The position numbers and the translations under genes were made by a program. From Octopus sinensis (Eukaryota), in the NCBI RefSeq assembly GCF_006345805.1, contig NC_042997.1, positions 40,176,001 through 40,240,000 on the forward strand: a DNA stretch of 64,000 bases, in the 5' to 3' direction. The notes beneath the pieces are model-generated. The model worked only from the letters and a program-made list of their open reading frames with translations, searched no databases and was not told where the DNA came from. Position 1 is the stretch's first letter; each line of letters opens with the position of its first letter. Positions 63,611 to 64,000 of the stretch are shown in pieces.

Positions 63611-64000
63611 TATGTATAGGGAAAAATAAGTTCAAATAGAGAGCAATTCAAACTTTTTGAGAGGTCCAAAAAGAGCGAAGAATGATTTCCAAAAAAGATT
63701 TATGATATTCATAAAAAACAGCCAGAGCAAGTAATAAGAATATGAAAATAGTAGTTGAAAAATATCGTTATAGGTATAAATATACCATAAACATTTATGG
63801 AAAAGTGGAGGAGAAAAAATATTGAATCAAAATTAGATTTAATACAAAATAGAAGTCAATACATACGCGCGTTTCAAAGGACAATACACACATGTAAGAA
63901 AAATTATATAACCATTGTAATGATTAAGTTTATGCATTGTCATTTTCAATGACAGGCTTCGTTCAATTTCTGTCTACCAAATCCATTTGACCGACCCGAG

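Noticed and set aside
63855-63900. gaaacgcgcgta palindrome (minus strand)
   Set aside because: The 5' core and stem II partner are missing. It is only a possible fragment.

Overview
AT-rich, repeat-dense animal genomic DNA. The SINE and microsatellite landscape looks like an octopus or other coleoid cephalopod; this is an inference from pattern recognition, not a database result. One complete gene is supported: NUDT1/MTH1 (8-oxo-dGTPase, minus strand, coding exons 9307-9144, 6052-5907 and 3008-2794, 174 aa). It converges on the terminal coding exon of an unidentified plus-strand gene (1355-1656). The rest is a nested transposon graveyard: four high-copy SINE-like families, an RTE LINE fragment with a 5' inversion and a 12-bp TSD, an R4/Dong-like LINE remnant, a decayed autonomous Helitron (38.9-40.4 kb) plus non-autonomous Helitrons, Merlin and mariner transposase remnants, MITEs and foldbacks, a 26-bp hairpin minisatellite, and long microsatellites. 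The most unusual signal is a set of at least five minimal type-I hammerhead-ribozyme-like folds with variant cores, including a compensatory U3:A8 core. Most sit in about 170-210-bp modules in or next to (TA)n tracts and resemble Penelope pLTRs or retrozymes. Almost all ORFs in the supplied track are artefacts of repeats. Repeat boundaries are approximate, and all alignments and folds were done by eye.
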